Assembly (NCBI GenBank): GCA_038844785.1
Contig: JAWBRA010000006.1
Span: 1 to 64,000, forward strand
Reading direction: 5' to 3'
DNA length: 64,000 nt
Source: Candidatus Caldarchaeum sp.
GTDB lineage: Archaea; Thermoproteota; Nitrososphaeria_A; Caldarchaeales; Caldarchaeaceae
Below the pieces are notes generated by a model. It did no database searches and was not told the origin of the DNA. It saw only the letters and a program-made list of their open reading frames with translations. The translations under genes and the position numbers were made by a program. The first letter of the stretch is position 1, and every line of letters starts with the position of its first letter. Positions 47,740-58,360 of this stretch are shown in pieces.

Positions 47740-49107
47740 ATGGCTGAGTCGAAACCAGCGTCGAGAAGGTCTGTTCTTACGTCGGGCATAGCTGCTGCGG
47801 CTGGGCTTCTCGTCGGAATTGCCGCGGGCTCGCAAGCCTTTCCCAGAACAGTAACCGCTGAAAAAACCGTCGTGCAAACGCAGGCGGTGACGAGAACGGA
47901 GACGAGAGCAGAGACGAGAACCGAGACAGTGGTCAAGCAGCCGCCACGAATTCCGGCTGGAGACTTCACGTGGAAGGTTTCAGGGTCGACGAACATCGTC
48001 GTCGTCGGCGCAGGACCTGCAGGCGCCCAGTTCACCAAAAGGATAGTCGAGCTCGTTAAAAACGTCAACGTGACAATCATAGACAGGAACAGTTTCTGGG
48101 TGTCGGGTCCAAGCCACGTGGACTTTGTCGGCGGGATTAAGGAGCTGAAGGACGCTGTCGTCTATTTTGACAAGCTTGTCGGGGACAGAGTGAGGCTGGT
48201 CAACGCCAACGTGGTCGCGATAGACCCTGCTGAAAGACGTGTCGAAACCAACTACGGCTATACAAAGTATGACCTGCTTGTTCTGGCGCCTGGCATCGAG
48301 CTGGCAACATGGGAAGTTCCGGGCCTTGAGAGGGTGAAGAACCTCCACGCATGGGACCCCGGCCTAGCCGTGCGTCTCAGGGAAGAGCTTCGGAAGCTCG
48401 ACGGGGGAAACGTTGTCTTCAGCGTTCCACCAGCACCCTACAAATGCCCGCCAGCACCCTACGAGGTCGCGTTTCTCAGCCACGAATACCTCAGAGAGCT
48501 GGGCAAGAAGGTCAACGTCATCGTTCTGGACGCCAACGCCAACCCCCAGCCTCCACCCAAAGCCAAGATCTTCTCGGAACATATGACCAAACTCGGAATC
48601 GACTACAGGCCCAACTTCAAGGTCGTAGAGGTTGACGCCGACAAGTCGGAGGTTGTTTCCGACAAGGGCGAGCGTGTAAAGTTCGACTTCCTATCCTTAC
48701 TGCCGCCCAACGTTGCGCCCGGCTTCGTAAGAAGAGCTGGTTTAGGCGCCAGGTTCATGGACATCGACCCTGCCACGTTCAAGAGCAAGAGCTACGACGA
48801 CATATACGGTTTGGGTGATGCGGTTGCATCGCCTTACACGAAGTCGGCTTATGTTGCGCAGAGGTCTGGGAGGAGGCTGGCTGAGCTGACCGCTGAGAAG
48901 CTGGGCGTCACACCTCCCGAGAAGGTATCGGTCTTCAACACATGCTGGAGCTATGTCAACAAGAAACAGCTGTCGGTGATAGAGGTCGAGTGGGATGCCA
49001 AAGGTGCTGTCGTGTCAGGCTATCCGAAGGTCGGAGACCCAACTGAAGAGAACTTCGGAAGAAGACAGGCTTGGGAGCGGTCTCTCCTGCTGGGCATCTA
49101 CGGCTAA
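47740..49107 (+). CDS. Flavocytochrome c sulfide dehydrogenase flavoprotein (FccB/SoxF-like), Tat-exported
   Basis: SRRSVL Tat motif, Thr-rich linker, GAGPAG, YKCPPAPYE, GDA, KSA, NTCWS. Confidence 0.85.
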   Translation: MAESKPASRRSVLTSGIAAAAGLLVGIAAGSQAFPRTVTAEKTVVQTQAVTRTETRAETRTETVVKQPPRIPAGDFTWKVSGSTNIVVVGAGPAGAQFTKRIVELVKNVNVTIIDRNSFWVSGPSHVDFVGGIKELKDAVVYFDKLVGDRVRLVNANVVAIDPAERRVETNYGYTKYDLLVLAPGIELATWEVPGLERVKNLHAWDPGLAVRLREELRKLDGGNVVFSVPPAPYKCPPAPYEVAFLSHEYLRELGKKVNVIVLDANANPQPPPKAKIFSEHMTKLGIDYRPNFKVVEVDADKSEVVSDKGERVKFDFLSLLPPNVAPGFVRRAGLGARFMDIDPATFKSKSYDDIYGLGDAVASPYTKSAYVAQRSGRRLAELTAEKLGVTPPEKVSVFNTCWSYVNKKQLSVIEVEWDAKGAVVSGYPKVGDPTEENFGRRQAWERSLLLGIYG

Positions 49108-49111
49108 AGCC

Positions 49112-49891
49112 ATGACACGTCTCAACTACATCCCTATCCTTTTTTCATCAGCGCTCCTAGCGCTTGCTTTCATGCAAGTCATCCTAGCGCCGGCGTCTAA
49201 GTCAAACTTCACAGTCTCCAAATTCACTCTGGCACAGGACGAGATGAAGATAGTTGAGTTATCGCTGAAGCCAGGCGACAGATACATCATCGGCTTGGAG
49301 ACCACGGGGTTGAGCGACCTGTACGTGCTGGGTGGCAGAGATGCTGAAACTTTCAAAAAAGACGGAAGCGTTCCCTCGACTGCAACCGGCTTCCACTTCC
49401 TGAAAACACTCACCTACGCGCTTCCGTCGCAGACCGGCGGAACTTACCTCATCTTGGTCAAACAGCGTGAAGCCGGAGAGGTTACGCTGCGCATCGAGCC
49501 GGGGTTGATCGACGACGCAACCCGAAAACTCAGGTCAGGCAAGGAGGTTCTCAGAAACTCGTTCGAATCAGTTTTGCCTAAGGATGCTCGCCTCACGCTA
49601 CCAGTGTACCAGTTCATCCCCGGAACGAAGCTGCATCTGAACGTCGAAGGCGATGCTATGGTGGCGTTGCTTGACATGGACGGGTTTTACGCCTACAGCA
49701 AGGGAAGGAAACAGCTCTCAGACCTGTGCAAAACATCGAACTGTCTGAAAGGCTCTGGAAGCCTCAGCCTCGACTCCGAAGACTTTGTCGACCTTTATCT
49801 CGTGGCCGAGGACAGCCGTTCTCCAACGAAGCTGTCCATGCAGGTAATCGCAACGGAGAAAATGCTCTTCTATGTCGGGACCTGTTCATGA
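49112..49891 (+). CDS. Hypothetical secreted/anchored protein
   Basis: N-terminal signal/TM; beta-rich; in an operon with the FccB-like gene. Confidence 0.65.
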   Translation: MTRLNYIPILFSSALLALAFMQVILAPASKSNFTVSKFTLAQDEMKIVELSLKPGDRYIIGLETTGLSDLYVLGGRDAETFKKDGSVPSTATGFHFLKTLTYALPSQTGGTYLILVKQREAGEVTLRIEPGLIDDATRKLRSGKEVLRNSFESVLPKDARLTLPVYQFIPGTKLHLNVEGDAMVALLDMDGFYAYSKGRKQLSDLCKTSNCLKGSGSLSLDSEDFVDLYLVAEDSRSPTKLSMQVIATEKMLFYVGTCS

Positions 49892-50319
49892 GGAAATACC
49901 TGACCGCAGCCGCTATGCTTGCGGTCTCAGCGCTGGTTGTCTACTTTTTCTTCTCTGGGCTCGTCTACGGCAACAAGCCTAGCCAGCTGCCGACGACAAC
50001 AACGGTGACGGTGGTCATCCGCCACGGCGCATATAAGGGAGACCCATCCCTAGCCTACGAGCCTACACACATAAAGGTGGTGTTGAAAGTGAACAACACT
50101 GTTGTCTGGGTTAACGAAGACATCGTACTACATGATGTGACCCATGAGCCCTGCGCATATAACGAGCCGGGCTGCATCGAAAAGTTTAGGTCAAAGCTGT
50201 TGGACAAAAATGAGAGCTTCACCTTTACTTTCGACAAGGTAGGAACATATAGATACCGATGCTCACCCCATCCGTGGATGCGTGGAACCGTGGTCGTCGA
50301 GGCAGGTGGGAAGCAGTGA
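49888..50319 (+). CDS. Blue-copper cupredoxin (plastocyanin/amicyanin-like)
   Basis: WVNED..HDV, YRCSPHPWMRG. Confidence 0.88.
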   Translation: MRKYLTAAAMLAVSALVVYFFFSGLVYGNKPSQLPTTTTVTVVIRHGAYKGDPSLAYEPTHIKVVLKVNNTVVWVNEDIVLHDVTHEPCAYNEPGCIEKFRSKLLDKNESFTFTFDKVGTYRYRCSPHPWMRGTVVVEAGGKQ

Positions 50320-51422
50320 AAACCATGCAAACAGTCTCCCTAATCACCATGGTAATCGTGATAGCTTCTGTCGCTGTCTACATGGCTGGAGGCTTCATAC
50401 AGCATGCTCTGTTCATAGTCTTCGGCGTCCTTTACGGCTACGCAATCTACAAGGCGAGGATCTGTTTTGCGACAGCCTTCTACGGAGACCCCAACGTCAT
50501 GACAGCCATACTGATAAGCCTAGCTGTAGCCAGCTTAGGCTCAACATTTATAGTGATGAACGGGTTGAACGTGCCTCCCGCTCTGCCCGTCGGCCCCCAC
50601 ATTCTTATCGGCTCCTTCCTTTTCGGGCTGGTCATGCCCTTCACAGGCGGCTGCATAACAGGCGTGATGTTCAGGTTTGGAGCCGGACATGCGAAAGCGC
50701 TCGCATCCATAACTGGAATTCTCGTCGGAAACTTCCTAGGCTCTTACTTCGTCTGGGGGGTTGTGGAGCCGTTCATAGACATCGGCAGGGGTTTCAGCTT
50801 TTTCCAAATCCTCGGGCCCTTGGGCGGCTTGGCGCTCAACCTATGTCTGATATACGTGCTGCTGATGATTACCTGGAGGCCGTGGAGAGGTCTGTCCCAG
50901 AACTTTAGCATCAAGTCGGTTATCTCTAACATGAAGCAGGCGTTCAACTCTGGCTGGTGGCCTGCATGGCTTGGAGGGCTTGTCATAGCCCTCGTGTTCA
51001 TCGTCCAGTTCGCCCTCTACTCATCGCTGTCAATCCAGCTCCCCATAGCACGGTTTACGCTCTGGTCGGCGTCGTCTTTGATAGACGTGGAGCAGGTTGC
51101 TTGGGCGGTTAGGTGGGGTGTTCGAGAGACTTTCAACGACCCTCTCCAGCTGCTGGTCATCGGGTTGGTTGTCGGCGCGATGCTGGGCTCAACCTCCTCC
51201 GGCAACTTCAGCTGCTACATGGGGGGAAGGCGGAAAGACATGGTCACAGGCTTCCTGGCCGGCGTATTCATGGGGATAGTTGTCTGGATAGCGGTCGGAT
51301 GCAACGTTTCAGGTTTCTGGGCTTCGGTCGCAACACTCCGGCCGGAGGGCTGGCTGTACGCGCTCGGCATGTTCCTCGGCGCCAGAACAGGCATGAAAAT
51401 CCTAACCAAGATGTATCTGTGA
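50316..51422 (+). CDS. YeeE/YedE (SoxT/TsuA-like) sulfur-compound transporter
   Basis: RICF, GGCITG and GCNVSG Cys motifs; many TM helices. Confidence 0.85.
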   Translation: MKTMQTVSLITMVIVIASVAVYMAGGFIQHALFIVFGVLYGYAIYKARICFATAFYGDPNVMTAILISLAVASLGSTFIVMNGLNVPPALPVGPHILIGSFLFGLVMPFTGGCITGVMFRFGAGHAKALASITGILVGNFLGSYFVWGVVEPFIDIGRGFSFFQILGPLGGLALNLCLIYVLLMITWRPWRGLSQNFSIKSVISNMKQAFNSGWWPAWLGGLVIALVFIVQFALYSSLSIQLPIARFTLWSASSLIDVEQVAWAVRWGVRETFNDPLQLLVIGLVVGAMLGSTSSGNFSCYMGGRRKDMVTGFLAGVFMGIVVWIAVGCNVSGFWASVATLRPEGWLYALGMFLGARTGMKILTKMYL

Positions 51423-51461
51423 ACACGCCTGCCGACATGGCCGGAGAAACGTTATGCAAGC

Positions 51462-54248
51462 TTAAGCTGACAGCTTGAAGGCTTGCGGCGTAGGTTTGAA
51501 GGGTCTCAGAAGCCACAGCGGCCGTCTCAGGTCTCCCGACGGCGGCCTCGTCAACCCAAGCCAGCGTCTGTAAACCTCCATGCTCTTCTGCAAATCAACG
51601 TATACGTCTCCATACCTGTCTCCCGGGCGGGCTTTCTCAACCCTGACCTTCTGATGCCATGCATGCTGGCCGCTCACCGGGTCTGGCTGGACTGGAAACG
51701 TCAGGTTCACGGTCACGCCTGAATCGGTCCACCAAATCCTCGAGGTGTCAGGGTCTTTCGTCTTGAACGGACGGATGTCGACAACCCTTCTCATCCTGAA
51801 AACATCTCCCTCCTCGACGATTTCCACCAAGGCTGAGGCGATTCTCGACGCGCCTACGTCGTTGAAAAGCCTGAACCTTCCAAAATGCTCCGTGCATCCC
51901 ACGACGCCGGGAAGGATTCCCTCCGTAACCCAGGCCTTGCTCACAAAGTAGCCCGTTTCCGTAACCACCCTGACTAGGTCGCCGGTTTTGACTCCCAGCC
52001 GCTCGGCGTCACGAGGGTTCATCCACAACGGGTTGGTGTGCGAGATCTCCGTAAGCCATTTAGCGTTGTTTGAACGGGTGTGGATTTGAGTGGGAACACG
52101 CATCGTCGAAACTAGGACAAACTCGTTCTTCTCCCTGTCAACGTTGCTGGGGTGCACATGGCTGGGTGTGTATGACGGTACGGAGTATTCCGGCCATCCC
52201 CACTCCTTCAAAGTCCTGGAGTAGAACTCTATCTTTCGCGACGGGGTTGGAAAGCCGACGACCGCTCTGCCGTCAACCATCACACCTATCCTGTAACCTT
52301 TCTCGGTCAGCTCCGTCGCAGGCATGGGAACCATGTTAACCCTTTTAGGCGGGCTCCGAGAGTAAATCACATCCGTTTCTTCATCGACGTATCCGTCGCC
52401 AATCTCTACAGGTGTCTCGTGGTTGTTGTAGCTTTCCGGCTTCAGCTCGTATGCTCCAAACTTCCTCATGTAGGTGAGCGGGTCAAGCCCCATCTCCGCA
52501 GCCTTCTCCTTCAAGCCCGGAACAGAGTTGGAGAAAATCCAGCCGTAGAATTCGTCGACGGTAATCTTCTCACCTGGCTTGGAAGGCGACTCGAACTGTT
52601 TTCTGATTCCAAGGCTTCCGTCGGGGTCTATCCTCCAAGAAAGCTCAATCCAGAAAGCGGCTTCGTCCATGCATTCGGCAGGCTGTTCAAGCTTTCTCCC
52701 CAGCTTCTCCTCAACAACCCTCGCTACAGGCTGTCTGAAACCAATCCAAACGCCCGCATAAGACTCGTAGCTGTGGATGTCATGTCTCTCAAGCGCCGTT
52801 CCAACAGGCAGGACAAGGTCTGCATACCACGCAGTCTCGTTCCAGAAGGGTGTGAGAGCGGCTATGAACTCTATTTTGCTTTCATCCCGTAAAACCTTAG
52901 CCCACATGAAGCCGTCTGGATAGGTCACAACTGGGTTGAAGGCTCTGGGCATGTAGACCGAAATCTTCCCCCTGCCTTCTTCGAGCAGGTGCGGGAGCAG
53001 GAAGCTCATCTCATAATGTGCGAGTGGAAACTCCTTCGGAAACAACAGCTCGTTCCACACCTTCTGCGGAGCTGGATGATGGGGCAGACGCGGCACAAAC
53101 TTGTGGTAGACGTTGAGGTCCATGCCGCCTTTCGTCCCTATGCTCCCCGTCAACGCGTGGAGGAAGACAAGCGCTCGCGCCACCTGCCAGCCGCCAAGGT
53201 TCCCCGCGCATGCAGACCGCCATGTGTGGCTGGAGAACGCATGTCCAGCCTTCGCAATCTCCCTCGCCAGAGTTCTCACAACCTCGGCCGGAACACGGCA
53301 CTCCCTCTCAACAAACTCAGGCGAGTAAACCGAGTAAACCTCCTTCAAAACCTTGACGAAGTTCTCGAAAGTTGGTTGTTTGTCCTTGTGCTCCTCAACC
53401 ATGTATTCCCGCCAGTTGACCCATTTGCGGAGAAACTCCCGGTCATACAGGTCTTCTTGGAGAATTATGTTGGCGATGCCCAAGAGTAGCGCGGCCTCTG
53501 TTCCAGGCCAGCAGCAAACCCAGTAGTCAGCCATCGCGGCTGTGTTGGAAAGCCTGACGTCGATGACGGCCAGCTTGGCACCTCTCTTCTTCCCCTCGAT
53601 TATCCTCTGGGCGTGGGGGTTGAAGTAATGCCCGCTCTCAAGATGGTCCGATATCAGCAGGATGAACCTAGCGTTCTCGAAGTCGGAGCAAGGCCTGTCA
53701 GCCCCCATGATGAACGAGTAGCCAGCTCTTGCTGAGGCGGAGCAGACGTTGGTGTGGCTGTTCCTCCCGTCAACGCCCCAAGACTGGAGTATCCACTCCA
53801 TAAACCCGTCCTCACCCGGCCTCCCAACATGGTACATCACCTCGTTCATTCTCCCTTGTTTGAGGCATCTCCGGATTCTCTCAGCAAGCATGTCGAGGGC
53901 TTCGTCCCAGCTTATCCTAACCCATCTGCCCTCGCCTCTTTTGCTGCCGTCAGCCCTCTTCATAGGGTGCGGAATCCTTTCAGGGTCGTAGAACTGGTTG
54001 AGCGATGCTGGACCTTTAGCACAGTTCCTGCCCCTGCTGGTTGGGTGGAAAGGATTGCCCTCCAGCTTTACAATCCTAAGGTCTTGTTTGTCGACGTATG
54101 CGAGAAGCCCGCAGCCAGCCTCGCAGTTGAAACACACCGTGGGAACAATCATGTACTTTTTCTTGACGCGGTTGGGCCATGCAGCAGCATCATATTCTTC
54201 CCAGTCATCCCATTTGTCGGGCGGTGGATGGCTGAGAAATTTTTGCAT
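51462..54248 (-). CDS. Cytoplasmic molybdopterin oxidoreductase catalytic subunit (Psr/Soe-like)
   Basis: CFNCEAGC...C Fe-S motif, SHTNVCS Mo-ligand Cys, C-terminal MGD-binding domain; no Tat signal. Confidence 0.88.
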   Translation of the reverse strand: MQKFLSHPPPDKWDDWEEYDAAAWPNRVKKKYMIVPTVCFNCEAGCGLLAYVDKQDLRIVKLEGNPFHPTSRGRNCAKGPASLNQFYDPERIPHPMKRADGSKRGEGRWVRISWDEALDMLAERIRRCLKQGRMNEVMYHVGRPGEDGFMEWILQSWGVDGRNSHTNVCSASARAGYSFIMGADRPCSDFENARFILLISDHLESGHYFNPHAQRIIEGKKRGAKLAVIDVRLSNTAAMADYWVCCWPGTEAALLLGIANIILQEDLYDREFLRKWVNWREYMVEEHKDKQPTFENFVKVLKEVYSVYSPEFVERECRVPAEVVRTLAREIAKAGHAFSSHTWRSACAGNLGGWQVARALVFLHALTGSIGTKGGMDLNVYHKFVPRLPHHPAPQKVWNELLFPKEFPLAHYEMSFLLPHLLEEGRGKISVYMPRAFNPVVTYPDGFMWAKVLRDESKIEFIAALTPFWNETAWYADLVLPVGTALERHDIHSYESYAGVWIGFRQPVARVVEEKLGRKLEQPAECMDEAAFWIELSWRIDPDGSLGIRKQFESPSKPGEKITVDEFYGWIFSNSVPGLKEKAAEMGLDPLTYMRKFGAYELKPESYNNHETPVEIGDGYVDEETDVIYSRSPPKRVNMVPMPATELTEKGYRIGVMVDGRAVVGFPTPSRKIEFYSRTLKEWGWPEYSVPSYTPSHVHPSNVDREKNEFVLVSTMRVPTQIHTRSNNAKWLTEISHTNPLWMNPRDAERLGVKTGDLVRVVTETGYFVSKAWVTEGILPGVVGCTEHFGRFRLFNDVGASRIASALVEIVEEGDVFRMRRVVDIRPFKTKDPDTSRIWWTDSGVTVNLTFPVQPDPVSGQHAWHQKVRVEKARPGDRYGDVYVDLQKSMEVYRRWLGLTRPPSGDLRRPLWLLRPFKPTPQAFKLSA

Positions 54249-54319
54249 GCTCAGCTACGGATGTCCGAGATTTATTTAAATATTTAGTTATTACGGAAAG
54301 CTTATCTATTTTCTTCATC

Positions 54320-55816
54320 GTGGACAAAGTAATGCCTAGCTATGGTTTTGTGATCGACCAGACACGGTGTATTGGTTGTCATGCTTGCACCGTCGCATGC
54401 AAGATGGAGAACCATGTGGCTTTGGGCGTTTTCAGAACATGGGTCAAGTACATCGAGCGGGGAGCTTTTCCAAACGCCAGAAGGTTCTACACGGTTTTAC
54501 GATGCAACCATTGCGACGACGCTCCATGCGTGAAAATCTGCCCAACATCTGCGCTTTTCAAACGGCGAGATGGTATAGTTGACTTTGACGACAGCAGATG
54601 CATAGGATGCAAGGCATGTATGCAAGCATGCCCGTACGACGCTCTCTACATAGACCCTGAGGAGAACACCGCCGCCAAATGCCATTTCTGCGCCCACAGA
54701 ATCGAGCAGGGTTTGGAGCCTGCCTGCGTGATTGTTTGTCCAACTGGAGCAATTTTATGGGGTGATTTGGAGGACCCGCTGAGCAAGGTATCGCGGGCTA
54801 TGAGAGACAACCCGGTTATGGTCAGGAAGCCGGAGCAGAAGACCAAGCCCAAACTCTACTACATCGGAGCAGACCAGCATGCCTTAACGCCGACCTCGCT
54901 GACGAAACATTCCTTCTACATGTGGTCTGACAGAAGCGCTGACGGCGGAGACAGCTCGTCTCCCTCTAGCGGCGGGTCGCGCGTGGTGTACGATGTGGAG
55001 CATCCAAAGCCTTGGAAGCTAAAAATATCAACCTACGTTTTCACGAAAGCTGTGGCGGCAGGCCTGATGATGATGCTGGCAATTCTCAGCCTGTTCCTAT
55101 CAACGCCACCGAACCTTTTCACAAACGTCATACCGTCCGTCAGCCTTCTGTTCCAAGCTGTGACGGGCTTCCTCCTCGTCGCAGACCTCAAAAAACCAAC
55201 GCGGTTCCATTACATCTTTCTCAAGCCAAACTTCTCTTCATGGCTTGCGAAAGGGGCTTTCGTTCTGGGGGTTTTCGGCCTAGTAACAGTCATATGGATG
55301 TTTTCGCAAAATATTGTTCTCTCAATCCTCACAATTCCGCTCGCGGCCTTGGCCGCTGGCTACAGCAGTTTCCTTTTCAACCAGTGTGAGGGAAGGGACT
55401 TCTGGCAGTCGCCGTCTTCGCTGCTGCATTTTGTCTTCTCAGCCATCCAAGCCGGCTCGGCCGCAACAATACTGATAGCATTTGCTGGACAGCTGGGAGT
55501 TCTGGGAATCAGCCTGCTGGGTGTTTCGCTGGCCTTGTCAAACATCGTCTTAACCCTCGTTCTATTGGCGGATGTGTTCATGCACCATGCTACGGCTGAG
55601 GGTGAGGTTGCTGCGTATTACCTGAGTAGGGGTGGCGGGGCCCCGCTTTTCTGGACAAGCATCACAGCTTTCATCATCTCAACGATAGCGGCTGTCACCT
55701 ACGTTTTGAGAACCGATTCTATCCTCGGATTCCTGGCGTCTCTGACAGCGTTGGCAGGCTTGTTCATCTATGAAACTGTGTGGGTTAAGGCTGGGCAGGT
55801 GGCGCCTCTAAGCTAG
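54320..55816 (+). CDS. NrfC/PsrB-type 4x[4Fe-4S] domain fused to an NrfD/PsrC membrane anchor
   Basis: CIGCHACTVACK, CNHCDDAPC..CP, CIGCKACMQACP, CHFC; C-terminal DLKKP.RF and TM helices. Confidence 0.92.
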   Translation: MDKVMPSYGFVIDQTRCIGCHACTVACKMENHVALGVFRTWVKYIERGAFPNARRFYTVLRCNHCDDAPCVKICPTSALFKRRDGIVDFDDSRCIGCKACMQACPYDALYIDPEENTAAKCHFCAHRIEQGLEPACVIVCPTGAILWGDLEDPLSKVSRAMRDNPVMVRKPEQKTKPKLYYIGADQHALTPTSLTKHSFYMWSDRSADGGDSSSPSSGGSRVVYDVEHPKPWKLKISTYVFTKAVAAGLMMMLAILSLFLSTPPNLFTNVIPSVSLLFQAVTGFLLVADLKKPTRFHYIFLKPNFSSWLAKGAFVLGVFGLVTVIWMFSQNIVLSILTIPLAALAAGYSSFLFNQCEGRDFWQSPSSLLHFVFSAIQAGSAATILIAFAGQLGVLGISLLGVSLALSNIVLTLVLLADVFMHHATAEGEVAAYYLSRGGGAPLFWTSITAFIISTIAAVTYVLRTDSILGFLASLTALAGLFIYETVWVKAGQVAPLS

Positions 55817-55895
55817 CATACAGTCAGAACACCTGGTCAACCATCGCCGTAGACTTTTTAACTTCCTGAACGTGCTTCAAGCACAGCGGTTCAAA

Positions 55896-56660
55896 ATGGA
55901 GTATGTCCCCGTCCTGCTTGCGGCCTTTGTGATAGGGATTGCTTCAGCGGTTGTGGGAGCGGTTATAGGGGCAGGCGGCGGCTTCATATTCGTTCCCATA
56001 ACCACGATGCTGCTCGACCTTCCACCTCGCACAATAATACCTGCAAGCCTCTCGCTTGTTTTCACCAACTCCCTCGCCGCTACTTGGATAAGGTTTTCAA
56101 AAGGCTCGTTCAGCTTCAACAAACTCTTGCCTTTGAGCCTTCTACTCATACCTGGAGTGATAACAGGAAGCATAACCGTATCGGGTTTCAGCGCGCCGAT
56201 GTTTAAGTTGGCTTTCGGCATCTTCCTGATAACGATATCAACGTTCATGGCCGTCGTCGAGAGAAACACTTCCGGAAAAGGTGATGGAGAAAAGCTGTTG
56301 ACAACAATGGTTATAGTAGGTATTTCGGGGTTGGTGTCAAGCCTTTTCGGAGTAGGCGGAGGTTTGCTGATGGTGCCGAGCTTCGCAACGGTCGCTGGCA
56401 TGAATATTAGGAAGGCGGTGTATTCGAGTCAGTTTTTCACGATGTTCAGCTCGCTGTTCAGTCTTTTTGCATTTGGGCTGCAAGGCCACTTCGACGTTTT
56501 TTTGAGCACAGCATCCGCGTTAGGAGGCTTAACGGGGGGTGCGTTGGGAGCAGCCTTCAGCATCAAGGCGAGCAGCCGCCAGCTCAAAACAGTGGTGATA
56601 ACAGCCTTTACCTCAATAGGGTTTTGGATGATAATTTCAACGATGACAGGGTTCACTTGA
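55896..56660 (+). CDS. TauE/SafE sulfite exporter family protein
   Basis: Duplicated G.GGG..VP motifs; about 8 TM helices. Confidence 0.88.
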   Translation: MEYVPVLLAAFVIGIASAVVGAVIGAGGGFIFVPITTMLLDLPPRTIIPASLSLVFTNSLAATWIRFSKGSFSFNKLLPLSLLLIPGVITGSITVSGFSAPMFKLAFGIFLITISTFMAVVERNTSGKGDGEKLLTTMVIVGISGLVSSLFGVGGGLLMVPSFATVAGMNIRKAVYSSQFFTMFSSLFSLFAFGLQGHFDVFLSTASALGGLTGGALGAAFSIKASSRQLKTVVITAFTSIGFWMIISTMTGFT

Positions 56661-56815
56661 CAGATTCACATCCCACACATTATGTTCATCGTTGACAAGC
56701 GTAGCATCTAAATCATTACAAACCGGTTCTGTTCATGTGATTGGAGAAGGCGACACGGCGGAGTTGTCTAACTCGCGTTGAGGGGCCTTGTTTCGAAAGA
56801 GGAAAAATTAAATGG

Positions 56816-57241
56816 TTAGATGAAGATTGCGAGAGTTTTCGGGTCTGAAGCCATCTCGAGGAATGTCGAAGCACCTATCACGTCGTCGCAGACATCCACA
56901 AGGTCTTCCTGCTTCAAGCCGAAAAGGTTCATCGTAGGCGAGCAAGCGTGTATCTTGACACCGCTCTGCTTAGCCATCTTGAGCATGTCCACGAGCTTAG
57001 GCATGCCACCTTTAGCCAAAAGCTGGTCGAGCATTTCCCTGCTCATCCCCAGGTCAACGGAGGGGGCTATGGTTTCAGCCATCTGCTTGGTTAGAAGCTT
57101 CATTCCGCCGAACGTGAAGTATATGTGGGCTTCTTTTCCCTGGGCTACTGCTGTGGTTGCGAGGATGAGGGCTGGATAGAGGCCGTCGGCTGTGCCGCGG
57201 CTCGCAACAATAACCAACCGAGTCTTCTCTTCAGACAACAT
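56816..57241 (-). CDS. DsrE2/DsrE-family sulfurtransferase
   Basis: YFTFGG, GVKIHACSPTM, IGASTF. Confidence 0.88.
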   Translation of the reverse strand: MLSEEKTRLVIVASRGTADGLYPALILATTAVAQGKEAHIYFTFGGMKLLTKQMAETIAPSVDLGMSREMLDQLLAKGGMPKLVDMLKMAKQSGVKIHACSPTMNLFGLKQEDLVDVCDDVIGASTFLEMASDPKTLAIFI

Positions 57242-57244
57242 ACA

Positions 57245-57493
57245 TCACCTCATCCTCTGGATCAAGAACCTGTAAACCTTAGGCGATTCCCCTTCCTCGC
57301 TGTATGAGATTATTTTGTTGCCTGACGTCCGAGACCATGCTTCAAGGTCTGGCTTCGAAGCCGGGTCAGTGGCCAAAACCTCCAAAACCTCGCCCACCGC
57401 TATGCTCTGGATGGCTTTGTTTGTTTTGATGACAGGCATGGGACACATGTCGCCCCGAGCGTCTAAAACAAGTGCGGGTTTGATGGATGACAT
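57245..57493 (-). CDS. tusA: Sulfur carrier TusA
   Basis: LDARGDMCPMPV, ATDP...D..AW. Confidence 0.93.
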   Translation of the reverse strand: MSSIKPALVLDARGDMCPMPVIKTNKAIQSIAVGEVLEVLATDPASKPDLEAWSRTSGNKIISYSEEGESPKVYRFLIQRMR

Positions 57494-57532
57494 ATTTGCA
57501 TAACACAGTCTTTCCAGGTATAAAAACTTTTT

Positions 57533-58360
57533 TTACTTACAAGTCTGCATATTACCTCGCATGCTGTTCTTCACAGCGTTAAGCAGGGTCTGATGCTGCA
57601 TATAATCGGAATCACGTATACAATGCTTTGCCCCGCGCTCCTCAAGCATCTTCGGCAAGCGGACATGATTCTTCACAAAATCCTCGGTCTCAAAAACTTC
57701 ATAGTCGCATCCTTTTTTCGTTAGGTGTTTGAGGAAGGCTTTGACGAAGCTTGTCGCCGTTATCTCAGGGTTAAGCTGGCTGAGGTTTGTGACCGGTGGG
57801 CAGCCGGGTGGATGGATGCAAAGCCTGTTGAGTTTCTCCAGGTCTGTCGATATCAGGAGAGTTCCGTGGATGAGAACGGAGTTGAGCTTCGCCCTCGCAG
57901 CCATTCCGGAAATCTTGAACCCCATCAGGTCAATTCTATTGGGCGGTGTGAAAAAGGCCTCTAAGCCAAACTCGCGAAGAGTTCCGCAGATGATGCCTGC
58001 GGCGTAGGCGAACAGGCGGATGGGCGGGATAAATCCACCGCTTTCTTTCCGTATGTAAAAGCTCCAGTTCAGGTTGCCCAAGTCATGGAAAACCACGCCC
58101 CCGCCTGTGGACCTCTTCAAAACCCTCACACCCAGCCTGCTAGCCTCATCCTCACGGTACCATCCATAGCTGATGTGCCGTGTCTGGCCTGTGACAAGAC
58201 AGTCGGTGTTTTTCCAAAACCTCACCAGCATTCCGGGCAGCGATTTCTCCTCCACACCCTGAAGTAGTATGTCCTCTAGCGCCAGGTTGAATTCTGGAAG
58301 AGTGCTTGTTGTAAGAAGTATCAGGATACGTTTCTCGGTCAATAATATCGGATCACTCAC
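57533..58360 (-). CDS. Lipoate:protein ligase (LplA/sLpl catalytic domain)
   Basis: NLALE, RSTGGGVVFHDLGNLN, KISG.A, HGTLL. Confidence 0.9.
   Translation of the reverse strand: MSDPILLTEKRILILLTTSTLPEFNLALEDILLQGVEEKSLPGMLVRFWKNTDCLVTGQTRHISYGWYREDEASRLGVRVLKRSTGGGVVFHDLGNLNWSFYIRKESGGFIPPIRLFAYAAGIICGTLREFGLEAFFTPPNRIDLMGFKISGMAARAKLNSVLIHGTLLISTDLEKLNRLCIHPPGCPPVTNLSQLNPEITATSFVKAFLKHLTKKGCDYEVFETEDFVKNHVRLPKMLEERGAKHCIRDSDYMQHQTLLNAVKNSMRGNMQTCK

Noticed and set aside
47870-47930. Short tandem GACGAGA repeats
   Set aside because: They encode the Thr-rich linker (TRTETRAETRTET) of the exported flavoprotein.
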